Of a DNA stretch of 64,000 bases, positions 9,026 through 21,856 are shown piece by piece. The position numbers and the translations under genes were made by a program. Below the pieces are notes generated by a model. That model saw only the letters and a program-made list of their open reading frames with translations, searched no databases and was not told the origin of the DNA. The number at the start of each line of letters is the position of its first letter. Position 1 is the first letter of the stretch. Source of the stretch: Balanoglossus misakiensis (Eukaryota; Animalia; Hemichordata). The stretch lies in contig CM082591.2 in assembly GCA_040954595.2 (NCBI GenBank), positions 3,519,957 through 3,583,956 of the forward strand, read 5' to 3'.

Positions 9026-12000
9026 ATGAAGGCGATTTGGTGTCTTCTGTTTCTGGTCATACTTCTCCATGGAAACAGACTGGAGGTGTGGACACGGACA
9101 ACTTTCAGCTCAACCCCTCCAAGATTTACCAGCACAACGCCACGACCAGCCACCAGAATGCTGGACCGTCTCACCGATGGGAGTCCATCCTTCACAGCAA
9201 CGCGCAGTCAAACGTCTCCAGATGACGACGTCGTTCCCCCAACTGACAGTGGAAGTGGTGCATCCATCGTAGCCGCCACTAGTCGGATTTCTCCGGACCC
9301 CGGCGTCTTTTCCCCGACTGGCGAGACTTCAGTTTCGCCGGCCTCCACACCACACCGCCTCTCCACCGATCAGTCGTCGATGTACTCAACGGTGCAGTCC
9401 CCGAGCCCCCGCGACTACGACCCAACGACTAGGCAGCCGTGGTCAACGCCGGTCAGCAGCACGGCCGCGCCTCTACCGTGGAAGTACATGATGAACGCCG
9501 AGTTGCTGCAGTGCGTGTATCCGAACACCGGGAACCGAATGGATTCATGTCTCACGCCGAACGGACTGATCTGCAACGGCACTGCGACTGTGAAACTTCA
9601 TGACTGGGACAATACGATGTGCAGTTGCGAGCCAGAATGTTTATTACGCGGAGACTGTTGCCACGACTACGAAGAGAAATGCTTTGGGGATGATGGAGAA
9701 CGACCCGATCTTGACGAGATTTCGATAACCGAGCATTGCATGCCGGCCGGGGGTGGACTGCTTCACGTTATTTCAACATACAAATGCCCAAAAGACTGGC
9801 CACATGAGAACATCCGTCAACTATGCGAAGGCAGCCAAGGTAAGCCAAAGCGCACAATGACAATGATTTCTATCAGGATTGGACATACTAGCATTCTGCA
9901 TGTGGCGATGTCCACACTTGCCATGTGTAACAGTTACAGGAGAACCATTTGATTTTGGGGGGTGGGGGTGGGGGTGGGGGTGCGGGTTGGGGGTGGATGG
10001 CGGACTTTGTGGAAAGATATTGGCAGATGGTGTCATCATAATCATCTTCGTCAAAGTCATCATCATTATCATCATCATCATCATCATCGTTGTTACCATC
10101 ATCATCATCTACCGTTAAAGTCATTTTACAAGTCGCAGCGGTATTATAAGTCGCACCCTTTCTTTGAAAGACTTGTTTGGGAGGAGATTTTGAGGAAATG
10201 AATACAACAGGACATTGGTATTATAAGTCGCACCCCCTTTTCGGCAAACACTGTCACTCAAAAAAGGTGCGTCTTATAAAATGACTTTAACGGGTACATG
10301 TAAACATCTCTCGTTACAGGTTTTTCCCTTCTTGGCGTGACTCCGGTGATCGATGCTGTCGGCAAGATCTACACCAACGTCTACTGTGCCATATGCCACG
10401 GCGTGAATGAGTCCAGCGTGCAGTTCAGCTCCATCATGTGGACGTGCACGTATAACTGTGAGACAATGAACATGTATACATTAAGTGATCGACGTAGCTT
10501 CAACATTTCCGCCATCGCCTCCTCAGCCATGTCGGACGAAGAGTGTCAACTGTTACCAGTGGTAGAGCAAAGTTATAGGGGACAACACAACCAGTGTTTA
10601 CGTCCCATAGACGTTTGTCCTTCCGGTTTCCAAAATACCACTGTCGTGGATCTTTGCCACAGTCACTCGGCCATCGTCAGGGTACCAATATTTATTAGCC
10701 GATTTGTGGACTTCAAGTATTATAAAAACATTTACTGTGCACTTTGCAATTTAAACGAAATAGAATCCGAAATGGTGGAGTGCGGAATGCCTCCCATCAG
10801 CCGTATTATGGGTTCTCGCTTTCCGAGTTTTCAAGTGCTTTTTAGTTTTGACTTACAAGGCGAACAGCGTATGTCTATTCATTACACGACTGTTGTAGAG
10901 CGATGGGATTGCGGGGAGGGTGAATTTTTTGATATTCTTCAAGAAAAATGTGTGTCAAGGGTCAATTTCCAAGCCATGGCTGTTGGCCGTCCTGGATTGA
11001 TTTCGCCCCGATCGACATTGAACTGGACAGCACAGAATCCACTGTCACCAGGTGGGGTCAATACAAACATTTCCTTGGCAACGCCCACAAATGGTGCACT
11101 TTCAGAGGTTTTGTTGACCTTTCAACTCTTCTGTCAATCACAAGACGACCCATGTGATATTAATCATGTTGAGCGCAACATGACGCTACTAATAAGAAGT
11201 ATTTTTAAACACAATATTCTCAACACAGTCCTAGAACAAAACCAAGCGACACCAGCTCCTGGAGTGTCTTCAATGACGGTGGCAATTCTAAGTGAAGTTG
11301 AGTGGTCTTTTATGCAGGATTTTTTCCCGAGCGCATGCGCGACCACTTGGACGGAAGTGGCGTCAGTCATGCGGACTATGGGCATTGTTGTCAGGTCGGT
11401 CACCATTGAAAGGCGGGACAGGAGCTGTGGCAATGACACAGAGCAAGTGAACATTAATGGTGGCACTTTACAGTACAGCAATGACAGTTTTGTGGAAGAC
11501 ATAATGTCAAATATTACATCGCATCCATTATACAACGGTTCTCTTGTGCATTCTAAATCATGCCATTATGAAGGAGAAAGTATCACCACACCAAATATAA
11601 ACATAGAGATTGTAATGTGTAAGTTACGAGAGATGCTGCCTTTTAATTGCCCAGAAGGGGTTATTTTGAAAGTCGCTGAGGGTGCGTTTCAAATAAGCGA
11701 TGGGGTCCTTTCAGTTGGTTCTTCACAGTACCATGAAGGAAAATTTATGTTATCGAAAGACTCCGCCCATGCCTTCGTCTGTCAATTTGAGAACGCCAAA
11801 GCTTTGTTTTGGCGCGTAAGCTCAAAGACCAAACTCAAGCAGATACTAACTCTTGTTGGTTGTGTCCTGTCCATCGTCTGCTTGTTTATCACAATCGTCA
11901 CGATATGTGCTTTCAAGCAGATGAGAACTAGGCCAGGAAAGATCATACTGAATTTGTCGGTGGCTCTTATACTGGCGCAGTTGCTGTTTGTGACGGTGCT

Positions 12001-12682
12001 GGATGCCACCCAGTTCCCGTGGCTGTGCAAGATGGCCGCCATTGTGTCGCACTACGTGTGGCTGGCGGCGTTCTGTTGGATGAGTGTCATGGCCGTGGAC
12101 ATCATGCACATGCGCACGAAATTAGTCCCGGTCAACTCCGGTGACGTGACCGTATTTCACCATTACTGCTTGTACGCCTGGTTGCTGCCGTTGGTGCTCG
12201 TGGTCATCTGCGTTTTTGTGGACAACTTTGCCCCGGGCGATTCCCAGATTGGCTACGCCGAGGGCCCCGTGTGCTGGATCGGCAGGTTCGTTCCTTTGGT
12301 GGCCACGTTCCTGGTCCCCGTGGGCGCCATCCTCCTGGTCAACACCACCTGCTTCGTGTACACCGTATTCTCCATCTTGTTGTCCGAACGGGAGATGAAG
12401 AAATTCCGGCGGGCGTCGTACACATCGCAGCACATCGTCTTCTCCGTTAAGATGTCCACTGTGATGGGTTTGACGTGGGTGCTTGGGTTTGTGGGTGGAC
12501 TTGTGGAGTCCGATGCCTTAGACTACATCTTCATCGTTGCAAACACCTTGCAAGGGGTGTTCATCACTGGCGCGTTTCTGGTACGCCTGCGCACAGTCGA
12601 CTTATATCGTGGCATGTGTTGTCAACGCAAAAAAAAATCCAACAGTAAACGAGCAAATATAGTCACCTTAGGTGCAATGTGA
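9026..12682 (+). CDS. Somatomedin-B-domain family-B (secretin/adhesion/methuselah-like) 7TM GPCR, ~1058 aa, two coding exons (9026-9839, 10320-12682)
   Basis: Exon 1: signal peptide MKAIWCLLFLVILLHG, Ser/Thr/Pro-rich stalk, SMB motif CSCEPECLLRGDCCHDYEEKC. Donor G|GTAAGC at 9839/9840 and acceptor TTACAG| at 10319 join in phase 1. Exon 2: Cys-rich repeats and a family-B 7TM region (LTLVGCVLSIVCL, NLSVAL, HYVWLAAFCWM, YAWLLP, CWI, MGLTW, NTLQGVFI). Confidence 0.93.
9957..9996 (+). repeat. (GGGGGT)n G-rich tract, potential G-quadruplex, intronic
   Basis: GGGGGGTGGGGGTGGGGGTGGGGGTGCGGGTTGGGGGTGG: six runs of 3 or more G with 1-3 nt loops. Confidence 0.8.
10033..10109. repeat. Imperfect (ATC)n microsatellite, intronic
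   Basis: Runs of CATCATCAT; produces the poly-H/I/D/M ORFs in the track. Confidence 0.9.
10112..10294. mobile_element. TA-flanked MITE (Tc1/mariner-pogo type), ~183 bp, in the GPCR intron
   Basis: TA-CCGTTAAAGTCATTTTACAAGTCGCA ... TGCGTCTTATAAAATGACTTTAACGG(G)-TA; internal direct repeats of GGTATTATAAGTCGCACCC at ~10140 and ~10217. Confidence 0.85.
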
Positions 12683-14101
12683 TCAGTTCACTCAGTAAGA
12701 GAAAAAAAAAGGTGAGAGTTGTATAAACTACGACTTGTGCGACTTATCTGTTTATAAACGCACCATCCTACTGTTCATATGACCCAATCAAAAATACAAT
12801 TTAGGAACTTGGAAATATTGTAAAAGGTAATGACTAGTGTGGATAAATTAACACCTTGTTGCAGATGAAGATTGCATCAAGGGAATAACCGTGTTGAAGC
12901 AAGGTGTCTTAATGGTACAATCAAGCATCTCACTTTGCTGCAATTTCACAATCATGATTATCACTTCATCAGTAAGGTGGTGGAACTAGTAATAATAAGC
13001 CACTTTCATGACCCATGGGTGACCTTACACCCTGGGCTATTGTTGGGATGGTGTCACATCATTCAGTGATATACAAACTGCATTCTGGCATTCACTCATT
13101 TGTAAAGCATAATAATAATAACATGCTTTCATTTATGGTAAACTTGTACCAACAAAACGCCAGACCTTTAAAGGCATACCATCACCTAAAATTGACATAA
13201 CATATATGGTCAAGAAAGGGCGCGCCTGTCCTCCAATGACCATGTTTTTGTCAGCATGTGACCCACTAAACTATAACTGGTTATTTTCCAAATTCGCATA
13301 GGTGATCGTATACCTATGAAGTGGATAGTTTTTGAATTATCTGTTTTCACATTAGTTCTTGTTGACATTTGCTGTTTATGTATTGAAAAACTATCTTTTT
13401 AATTGAAATATTTGTATCGAGTTATTCAAGTTCGTTTAAGTTAAAGCTGTCAAGGAACGTACAAATCCATCATAATTTTAAACAAATAAATGTAGTTTGT
13501 AAGTATATATTTCGTGTACTCAAGTTTGCTAAATTTATAGTGCTTTTTAAAGTAATTACTTATTTACTTATTTAAATGTTTTAGGCCAACTCATACCACA
13601 TATGATATCCCTGGCTTCAAGTGACAAATTGTGGACATGCAACAGTTGTTTAAGTTGTGGCTTGAAGATGTATGTGCGGGAATATTAAACCGTCATCAAA
13701 AATTGGTTACTCAGTTACTTTGTCATGGTGCGCCCTCACTGTCGATACATGCACGTGCTGGGACTATTTGCCGTTGCTCGGTTAGTCGTAGATGGCGCTG
13801 TACGTGCAAATGACTGTTTCATTTCATTTGCATATTGATATGTATACACCTGGTAATTACTACTTAGGTGAAGGTGCAGTTTACAACGCAATACAAGGGA
13901 CTAAATTTAGACTTTATGTGATTTTTGTATACTCTTGCATTTTAACTTCGGGTGTATGTTTATCCTGCAGTGTTGCTATTCATTGTTAAATATATATTTT
14001 TCAGTGGAATTATAGGTCTTTGACCAAGATAACTGTAATTCGATCTGTGTCTGTGTGCAATTCTTTACCCCAATACTTAGGGTCAACCCTGCCCACCAGA
14101 A

Positions 14102-14165
14102 ACAGAGAGAGAGACAGACAGACAGACAGACATACAGAGAGAGACAGAGACAGACAGATAGACAG
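14102..14165. repeat. (GA)/(GACA)n compound microsatellite
   Basis: Directly visible AGAGAGAGAGACAGACAGACAG... tract. Confidence 0.85.
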
Positions 14166-17100
14166 TCGTCGTAAACTTGAAAGCCCATGAATTCGTCAGT
14201 TAATTATTGAAGTGCGGGGAATCGGTAATTCACAAACGGGGATACAGTCTTCCGCTGGATTCACATCTATAAATCTAGATCTATAAATGTGTCTAGTTCT
14301 GACTCTAATTGAATCTAATCACTTCCCCTTGATATATGATGGTTGTCTCAAAGCTGACCTCGCACTGTTAGTGATGAGAGACCAGAGTATGTATATGATA
14401 ACATGGCTTCCATTTCAGGGATTTATATTCACTCTGGATGCAGTGATGTTGTAAATACTGAATCCCGGGAATAATCCTCATGTAATTTGCAGCTCAGCGA
14501 TCCGCTGAGGCACACACGGTTCAATTCATCAACAGTATTAACTTCTTGAGTGAGATATAATCTGACTGGGCTCCAACAGGAAAATGGTATCACAGTAAAT
14601 GAAAGGTGAATCAGACGCATCGTGTGTATTAACTGTGACTGTGTTCGATGAAGTTTTGCGGTGGGAAATGTGTACCTAGTTTTATAAAGTCATAAACTCT
14701 ATATTCAATCATGATAAATGGATATCTTGGCTGTTCCTTATGATAGCCATCTACATGTCTAAAACCATAGCACACACATGCACACAATCAAATGTGATAC
14801 ATTTGTGATACATCACACCATAAAATTTAAATATTTAGATTGCACTGCAGTTTCTGGAGTATACGACTCCTCAGAGAGATAGGGAGTCGTTTTTGACACC
14901 AAGACTGCATGTCCCTGTGGTAGTTCCGATTATTGCCTTAAAATTAAATGATGATCAAATGATAGTGAGTCGTGAGTCGTAATGACTTGCCTATATATCG
15001 TGCTGACTTACATCACAGAAGAAGAGTCTGTTTTGAGAATATTTAAGTTTTGCATAGTCACGCGAGATTTCACAGGGTCTCGTGTAGTTAGGAAAATGAC
15101 CTATTAATCAATAGCCCATATCGGAAAGGATAAGCGCCTGTATATCTTGCAATCACTAATATATGTGTATCCGAGTGCGACATAAATTTCTACGTCGGAC
15201 TCCTTCATTTCACCACCTGCGATAATTTCTGCTGTACCTTAATTGGCAATTAGGTGTGTGTCAGACCACAGAAAAAGAGTCTCTGGTCCGACTATGGCGT
15301 AGTCTAGTATCTAGGTGCGTTTTGTCCATTTTGGAAGCAAAGCGGACAAAACTCGGCTTGACACTCGACGAACCATGGCGTGTCTGAAACCTTAAGCTGC
15401 TCTGACATCAAATTACTCTGCCATTCCATATGATGCAATAGAACGTATGTTTCTGTATGAATCGCGTGACAAGCATCCATTACAAATACCACTGGCGTCT
15501 AGCATATCAGTTCTAAATCAAATCATGCCACTATTTCGGGTCAACAGAAATATCTGTCGTCGTCTTGGCGATGATGGATTGGTTATTTCACGCTGTCCCA
15601 ATAGGAGTTTGACCCGTGAAATTGAAAAGAGAAATATTTCACGCTGCGGTAGAGACCCACTCCAGTGGTTTTTATACGGCCTGGCTGTGTTGGAAATCAC
15701 TAACTGGTTTTCCCCAGTTATGCTCCATCTGTCTCTCCCTTTGTACACACGTCTTTTTCAGATATGCTTCGTTAGAGATTTTTCACCTTTGAAATAAACT
15801 ATTCATTATCTGGGATGTTTTCTCTCCTTGTACAGCAATCATAATTAACAGGGTCTTCTCCTCAAGAATTTTACCGGTATAGTTTCACGACTAGTCTAAT
15901 AAGTATCATAAATTACTAGTGCACCAATTTAAGTGCCACTACTTTACCTGTCGAATTTATTTTGCAAAATCATATTTATTGAAGAGTAAACAGAACTCTC
16001 AACTAATCATGAATTATCAGTTGGTGGAATGTCTTAAATTTACTGTGATTGACCTCTCTTCTATCAAACAATATTAAAAAAAAATGTTTTTATATCTTGA
16101 TTCTCTCCTTTATTCTTTTAAATGGACCAACATGGCTCATAACACGACTCAATTTGGTGTCATAGTCTACTGTCTGGGATCTGCTATGGCTTCATCCACT
16201 CACCATCATCGGGGGGTAAGGCTGGTTGCACAGTTAGCGAGGCAAATCACGTATTTTCTGAGAAAATGTCAGCCACATTCCGTGAATAAATAGCAAGACC
16301 ACTTACAGTTCGAAAGTTAATGGTTCATAGAAGATCGATCCTAGATTAGTATTAAACCCCGTAAGTTGCCGCTGTCGCGTCAGTGGTCGTACGGATTCAC
16401 CCGAGAGAGTGATCTGACACACATCATTTTCTGCCACGATCCGTAGGAATGTTGATGCTTCAACGTCGTGTGCTGTTGTCTCCCAAATCATACGAAATAG
16501 GAATTCAGGATAGAGTTCACCAGGATACCCCACTCTACACAAACCCGTTAATTTCTCGTTAAGTCTATACAGTTAATACTCCATCTGACATGTTGATGGG
16601 TTGTCATTCCATGGAACAGCGTTTCATTACACCATCTCCCATTCAAGGAGACGCCCTCCGGCGTAGAGATTATGATTGTTTAGTTTACAAATGCAGAATT
16701 CTCTTCAATCAACGCATCAAATTCGATTTGAATTTTCAAGTGAGCGAAATAAGATTTTGAAATATGTTTCACACGGAATCCATCTGAAGGTACGGACATT
16801 TGATAAGGTCACAATAGACATTAGAGTAGACACATGCAGATGGAAACGTGGCTTAAAAGTGCGTATAGTCAAAAATGACGTTATAAGTCGCACCATGAAC
16901 AGACGCTAGCGGACTGTTTGCTAATTCCAAACGAATAAACCCACTCACAATATAATTTGATTCAGAAACGATGTCTTTCTAAGCGCAGCTAACAATGTGA
17001 CATGCATTAATGTTAAGCGATTGTGTCACGCTTAATATCCTAGGTAACTAATTGAATTTAATCCCCACTTTACTGTCGCAGGTGACTATAGTTAACAATT

Positions 17101-18778
17101 AAAATTCCGTGTCAGACAGTGACACAGCTGTAGACAAACCAATATTTAGTGAGTCTAAACACCTGTGTAAACATAGTCAAAGACGAAAAGTGAATAGAAA
17201 TGTGATAATGAAATCGCCACTGGAAACGGAAAATAACTGATTTATAATCAACTTTGAATAATTATAGCTCAGGAAATACAAACATTAAACTTGTCGACCA
17301 GGCAACATTTTAATTCAAATCGAAAAATTTAATCGCCTTGCCTCTGCATGCTTGCAATGTTAAATGCATCAATTGATTTTGATGTTTAATAACGTAGGAT
17401 ATAAAATTCAATTAATCCAAATGGCTATCTGGGGTTTACATATTATATTATCGCCTGGTAGCCTTTAAAACTGAGGTATGCTTGGTTTCCATAAACGCCT
17501 TTAGGTTACACAAGCCAGTGTGACAACTTACGGGAAAGAACATCTCCCAGGTGAATGCAAACGCAGCCGAAGGTGTTCATCTTGCTACATATAAACAAGT
17601 ATTACCCGCACTTTCTTTAATAAAACTCCCATCAACTATCTTAATTTGGTAATTACTCAAATATATCCTTGACATTTTGGGTATTAATGAAATGATGAAT
17701 TCTATCTATGCCTCTCTGAAGTGACCCATAATATTACATGTCGATGCTCACAGTTGTATTTATCTGAGAGTAGACCGAATTCTTCCACCTGGCAACCAAG
17801 TTCAATTCATCCATCTGTCAACCAGGTACTGCATTTATCTGGCAACCAATTGTATTCACCAGGGCAGGCCAGGTCACACCCCATCACATGTACACCATAA
17901 CACACCACAAAACTATAAGATTTGCTTTATCGACCCTATACGAGAAACAGACAACTGTTTGTCACCACAATCTGACATCTGACAGGATTCCCAAGTTAGC
18001 TCTGCTAGTATGTCGGCCCATATATTCCATCGTCGAGCTCGACAATGCTGTTGTTATCCAAACTGACACACCTGACAACACAATTGCTCATCAATTTTGT
18101 GGGGTCATTTATTTCCAAAGCAGACGACAAATAGACAGATAAGACTTACTCTCAAATAAACCTGGGAGTTTAAGCAACCGGGGGATAAACATGCAAATTT
18201 CGTTGAGCCGTGGGCCACTTTAAACGTGTATTGACGGAATAGAGGTGGCCTTCGAGACGCCATTATATACTGTTCTAATCTATTTTATTTTTGTTACGTC
18301 GCGGTGGGACACACATATACATGAAATGTCATCCACAGTAGATCCTTGATAAATGTACTCCATGATAAGATGGTATGCAATTTCAACATGGTTGTAAATA
18401 CTCCTCTTTCTTGTTCTTGCCTCCTCACTTTCTTTGTATCACTGAACAGTTCACTCATGGTCATTATTTCTAACATTGTGCTTTTAGTTTAAATTTACTC
18501 ACATGAATATCATGCACAGCGATTGAATTTCAAAATCTCACGCTGGGGTCAAAATTGTCTCGATCAACGCTTTGTAGACTTGCATTTTCTGTTGTTCACT
18601 GAAGCTGTGCCGTTTTATATTTACCCACACCAGAAATGTCCAAGTCTGCAGATTGAGAATGACCCGTAAAATGATAAGGCCAAATATTCTGCGGTGTTGT
18701 GTTAATCCTGGATACTGTTACCGGTCTCTGTGCGTCGGAACATCTGTACATGGTTTTCCAAGTAGCACATGTAGTAGC

Positions 18779-18880
18779 CTGTCTACATGTCTGCCTGTCT
18801 GTCGATCTATCTGTGATTGTTTGTATGTTTTTGTCTGCTTGCCTGTCTGTCGTCTATATGTCTATCTGCCTGCCTGTGTG
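18779..18880. repeat. Degenerate (CTGT)n simple repeat
   Basis: Decayed TGTC/CTGC tetramers. Confidence 0.6.
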
Positions 18881-20143
18881 TTCCGTTTCCTATAATATTA
18901 GCCTCTCCCGCAAGCAGTGCGCTCCCACATTTTCTCTGACATCCCCAGCATTTTAAACATTGCTTCAATAAATCCCTGGTGCACAGTCTTCGCATTCGGT
19001 CTTTCTACATGACCTCTAACATATAAATTCGCCTTTTATAACTCATGCGGGACTGACACGACTACATAACATAATTGTATGATTGTACTACTTAATCAGT
19101 AAGCGGCATGCCATTTCACACCCGTCGTTAAACTTTTAATATCACGGGGCAAACAGGTTCCAGCTGCATATACTGTATTCGTTTGAAAAGCTCGCACATT
19201 AAAGGGACATACGTTATGTACAGCTAACCTTTTGCTTCCTAATAAACAGTTCTGAGCACAGACAACAACTTTTGTTGATTCCTAAGAAAAGGCCAATGTC
19301 AATAAATAAGTGTCTCTGAAAGGTTTGACGCGAAAGCAGCAGTGTACATTTTTGTATCGAAATCAACCAAGTCAGACATTTAAAGTGCCCCATGTGACCT
19401 ACAGGTCAAGTGGTACGGCCGTTAACTAGCTCATACTTGGTCTTGCATTACTGTACAGTACATTACTCTATTGTAAGTCTACGTTTCTACTCTACTTGAA
19501 TCTTAGCTGGTCAGCCAATTGCGAATAGACTATTTAATCATGTTCTCTGGGGCATCAAATCAAATCCTCGATTTTATAGGAGACGCGTTGTCAGCAGGGT
19601 TAGTCTCACAGAGATCTTCCCGACTACGTTTCGACTAGACAGATTCTTGAGATCTCATCTCAAAGACTCTGGAGAGCTTAAGAGCCAATATGCTCAAATT
19701 CCGTAAAGTAATGAGTGACCCCAGAAGTGTGTTAAAAACAAACATCACCGGTGAGAGCTCACTGATCATTTCCTCTTGTCAACTGTACGTGCTCCACGTG
19801 TAAATGGAGAAAGCCAAACTGTGGCATTACAAAATGACTTATTCAACGCATAGTATCTATTATCGAATGTTCGTTAAGATTGTAGCGGAACCTGGGCTCA
19901 GCAAGGGGCCAGGTTTTAAATATTAATACTTCCTATGAATTTTACCCCCTGAACGATAATTGGTAATTCGAATCATGAGTTTCCAGGCAAGCATACATAG
20001 TTCATTGAGTTATTTGAAACTTCCTGTTTTGTAGTGATTAGTAAAAGGTTGGCCTACCGGACAACAATATCATTTTCAATGTAGAAGTCGCCATGAAGTA
20101 AAATGTGATTAAACTTTCATAAGGCAGTGTGTGTACGCATGCG

Positions 20144-20200
20144 TGTATGTATGTATGTATGTATGTATGTATGTATGTATGTATGTATGTACGTATGTAT
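20144..20200. repeat. (TATG)n microsatellite
   Basis: About 11 perfect GTAT units plus degenerate flanks. Confidence 0.95.
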
Positions 20201-21856
20201 CTATAATTTCTACTTTGAATATGCATGCATGTATTAATATAATATGCATGAATGTATATTCAAAATCGACGTGACTTAATGTAAAATTGTCCGAGAATAG
20301 TATTATCAACTGGCGCACACACCTAAATTGTGACTATTACTTTCTTGAAATACATCACTGGCATATAATGCAAGTTACTGATTAATTCCCCGAAGTTAAG
20401 CTTACTCTTTAGAGTATTGAATTTCACGACTAGTAAGGACCATACATCGGAGAAGGCAAAATATAATAATCGGCTTTTTCGTGTAATCAAAATTTTGACG
20501 TTTTTTTCGTATTATAGAGGGTCAGAGCACTCGGGTTACACAAATCGTTTAAAGTGCTTGCATTCGAAAGATATATCATTACATAGATGAGTAAATATTT
20601 CATTGGTCGTGATTACACTGGATGGCAGCAATATTTAAACATTAACACTATCATCATGAAACCCTGAAGGAAAGGTGTTATGTAGCTGCAGTTATTACAC
20701 TTAGTTATCATCACATTTGAAAAAAAGTCTGCAGAGCTGTAGTAAGAAAACGATAGTCAGTATTTCTTGATGTGTCAGGGACCCCCTCCCCCTGCCACAA
20801 GAAACCCGTCCCCCCATTTGGACCACAGCAAGATCATGTTGTGTAAATTAAAGCTGGCGTATACCAGGAGTGTTGATTTGAAAATGTTAATCTCTCCTGA
20901 AAGCCATGCTTTAATCTTGGCAACACGTTTCCAGCGGGTTTTAATCACTTCGGCATTAAGCCGCCGAGGATCAAAAATCAATCGGATTTGAGAGACCACT
21001 GTAGGCGATGAATGATAAATGTTTCAACCATGAATGAATATTTCATGTTCACCGATTATACCGGATTTACATGTTTAAAAAAACGGACACAGTGCGTAAT
21101 TGAGTCGCCATTTGTTGTCAGTGAACACCCGCTGTTGTTTCTGTTGCCTTGTTTATTTTTTACGATAGGACAACGATGATCAATTTTGTGGACTGTAACT
21201 GTTGCTGTGTGGGTTTGTTGCTAAAAGTATCCTTCTGCAAGCCAAAGCTGTTCGTGTTATGTGTTATGGTAAAAACATTTAGCAGCATGACCGTTAACAT
21301 AATACGTAAATGATTTCCTTTATAAAAACTTAACGAGATTTTTTGAAAATATCAAATGTGTACTATAACCAGTAAACAAAACATGATCCTCAGCAACTAG
21401 AACACTGAATGAAAAATGTGAACAGATGCAAAATGGCCATGACCACAAAGAGACAAGGTTAGCGTGCTAGAACGAGTCTTTGCACACACTGACATGTGTA
21501 TATCTGACCTAGTCAAGGAAATTGTCGTAAATCAACTCATCTCAAAGGATGACGCTGTTGACACGGTCAATTTAATCACAATTTTACTCCAATCGAGTTT
21601 ATCAAGTGTATGGCTTTTGAGTAATCTTCAATTCATTCACGCGTGAGTTCAATTTGAGGTGGCTTTATGAAAAACTATTACACTTGTGTGTGTGACGACG
21701 AAAACATGCAAATGATCATGATCGTAAACTTCAGGCATCTCCATGGCAATGTGTACATGCACAAACATCAAGACGCTTTGGTTCTATTGGTTGCATAGGG
21801 AAACCTAAGTAAAGTGAGAATGAAGTAAATTGACTAAGTGTCATCGGTCACATCAG

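Noticed and set aside
9821-10201. Poly-His, poly-Asp, poly-Ile and poly-Pro ORFs
   Set aside because: Translations of the intronic (ATC)n and G-rich repeats.
19605-19680. ACGTTTCG-containing segment resembling a Penelope/hammerhead-type end
   Set aside because: No intact CUGANGA core or closing stems on either strand, and no reverse-transcriptase fragment nearby.
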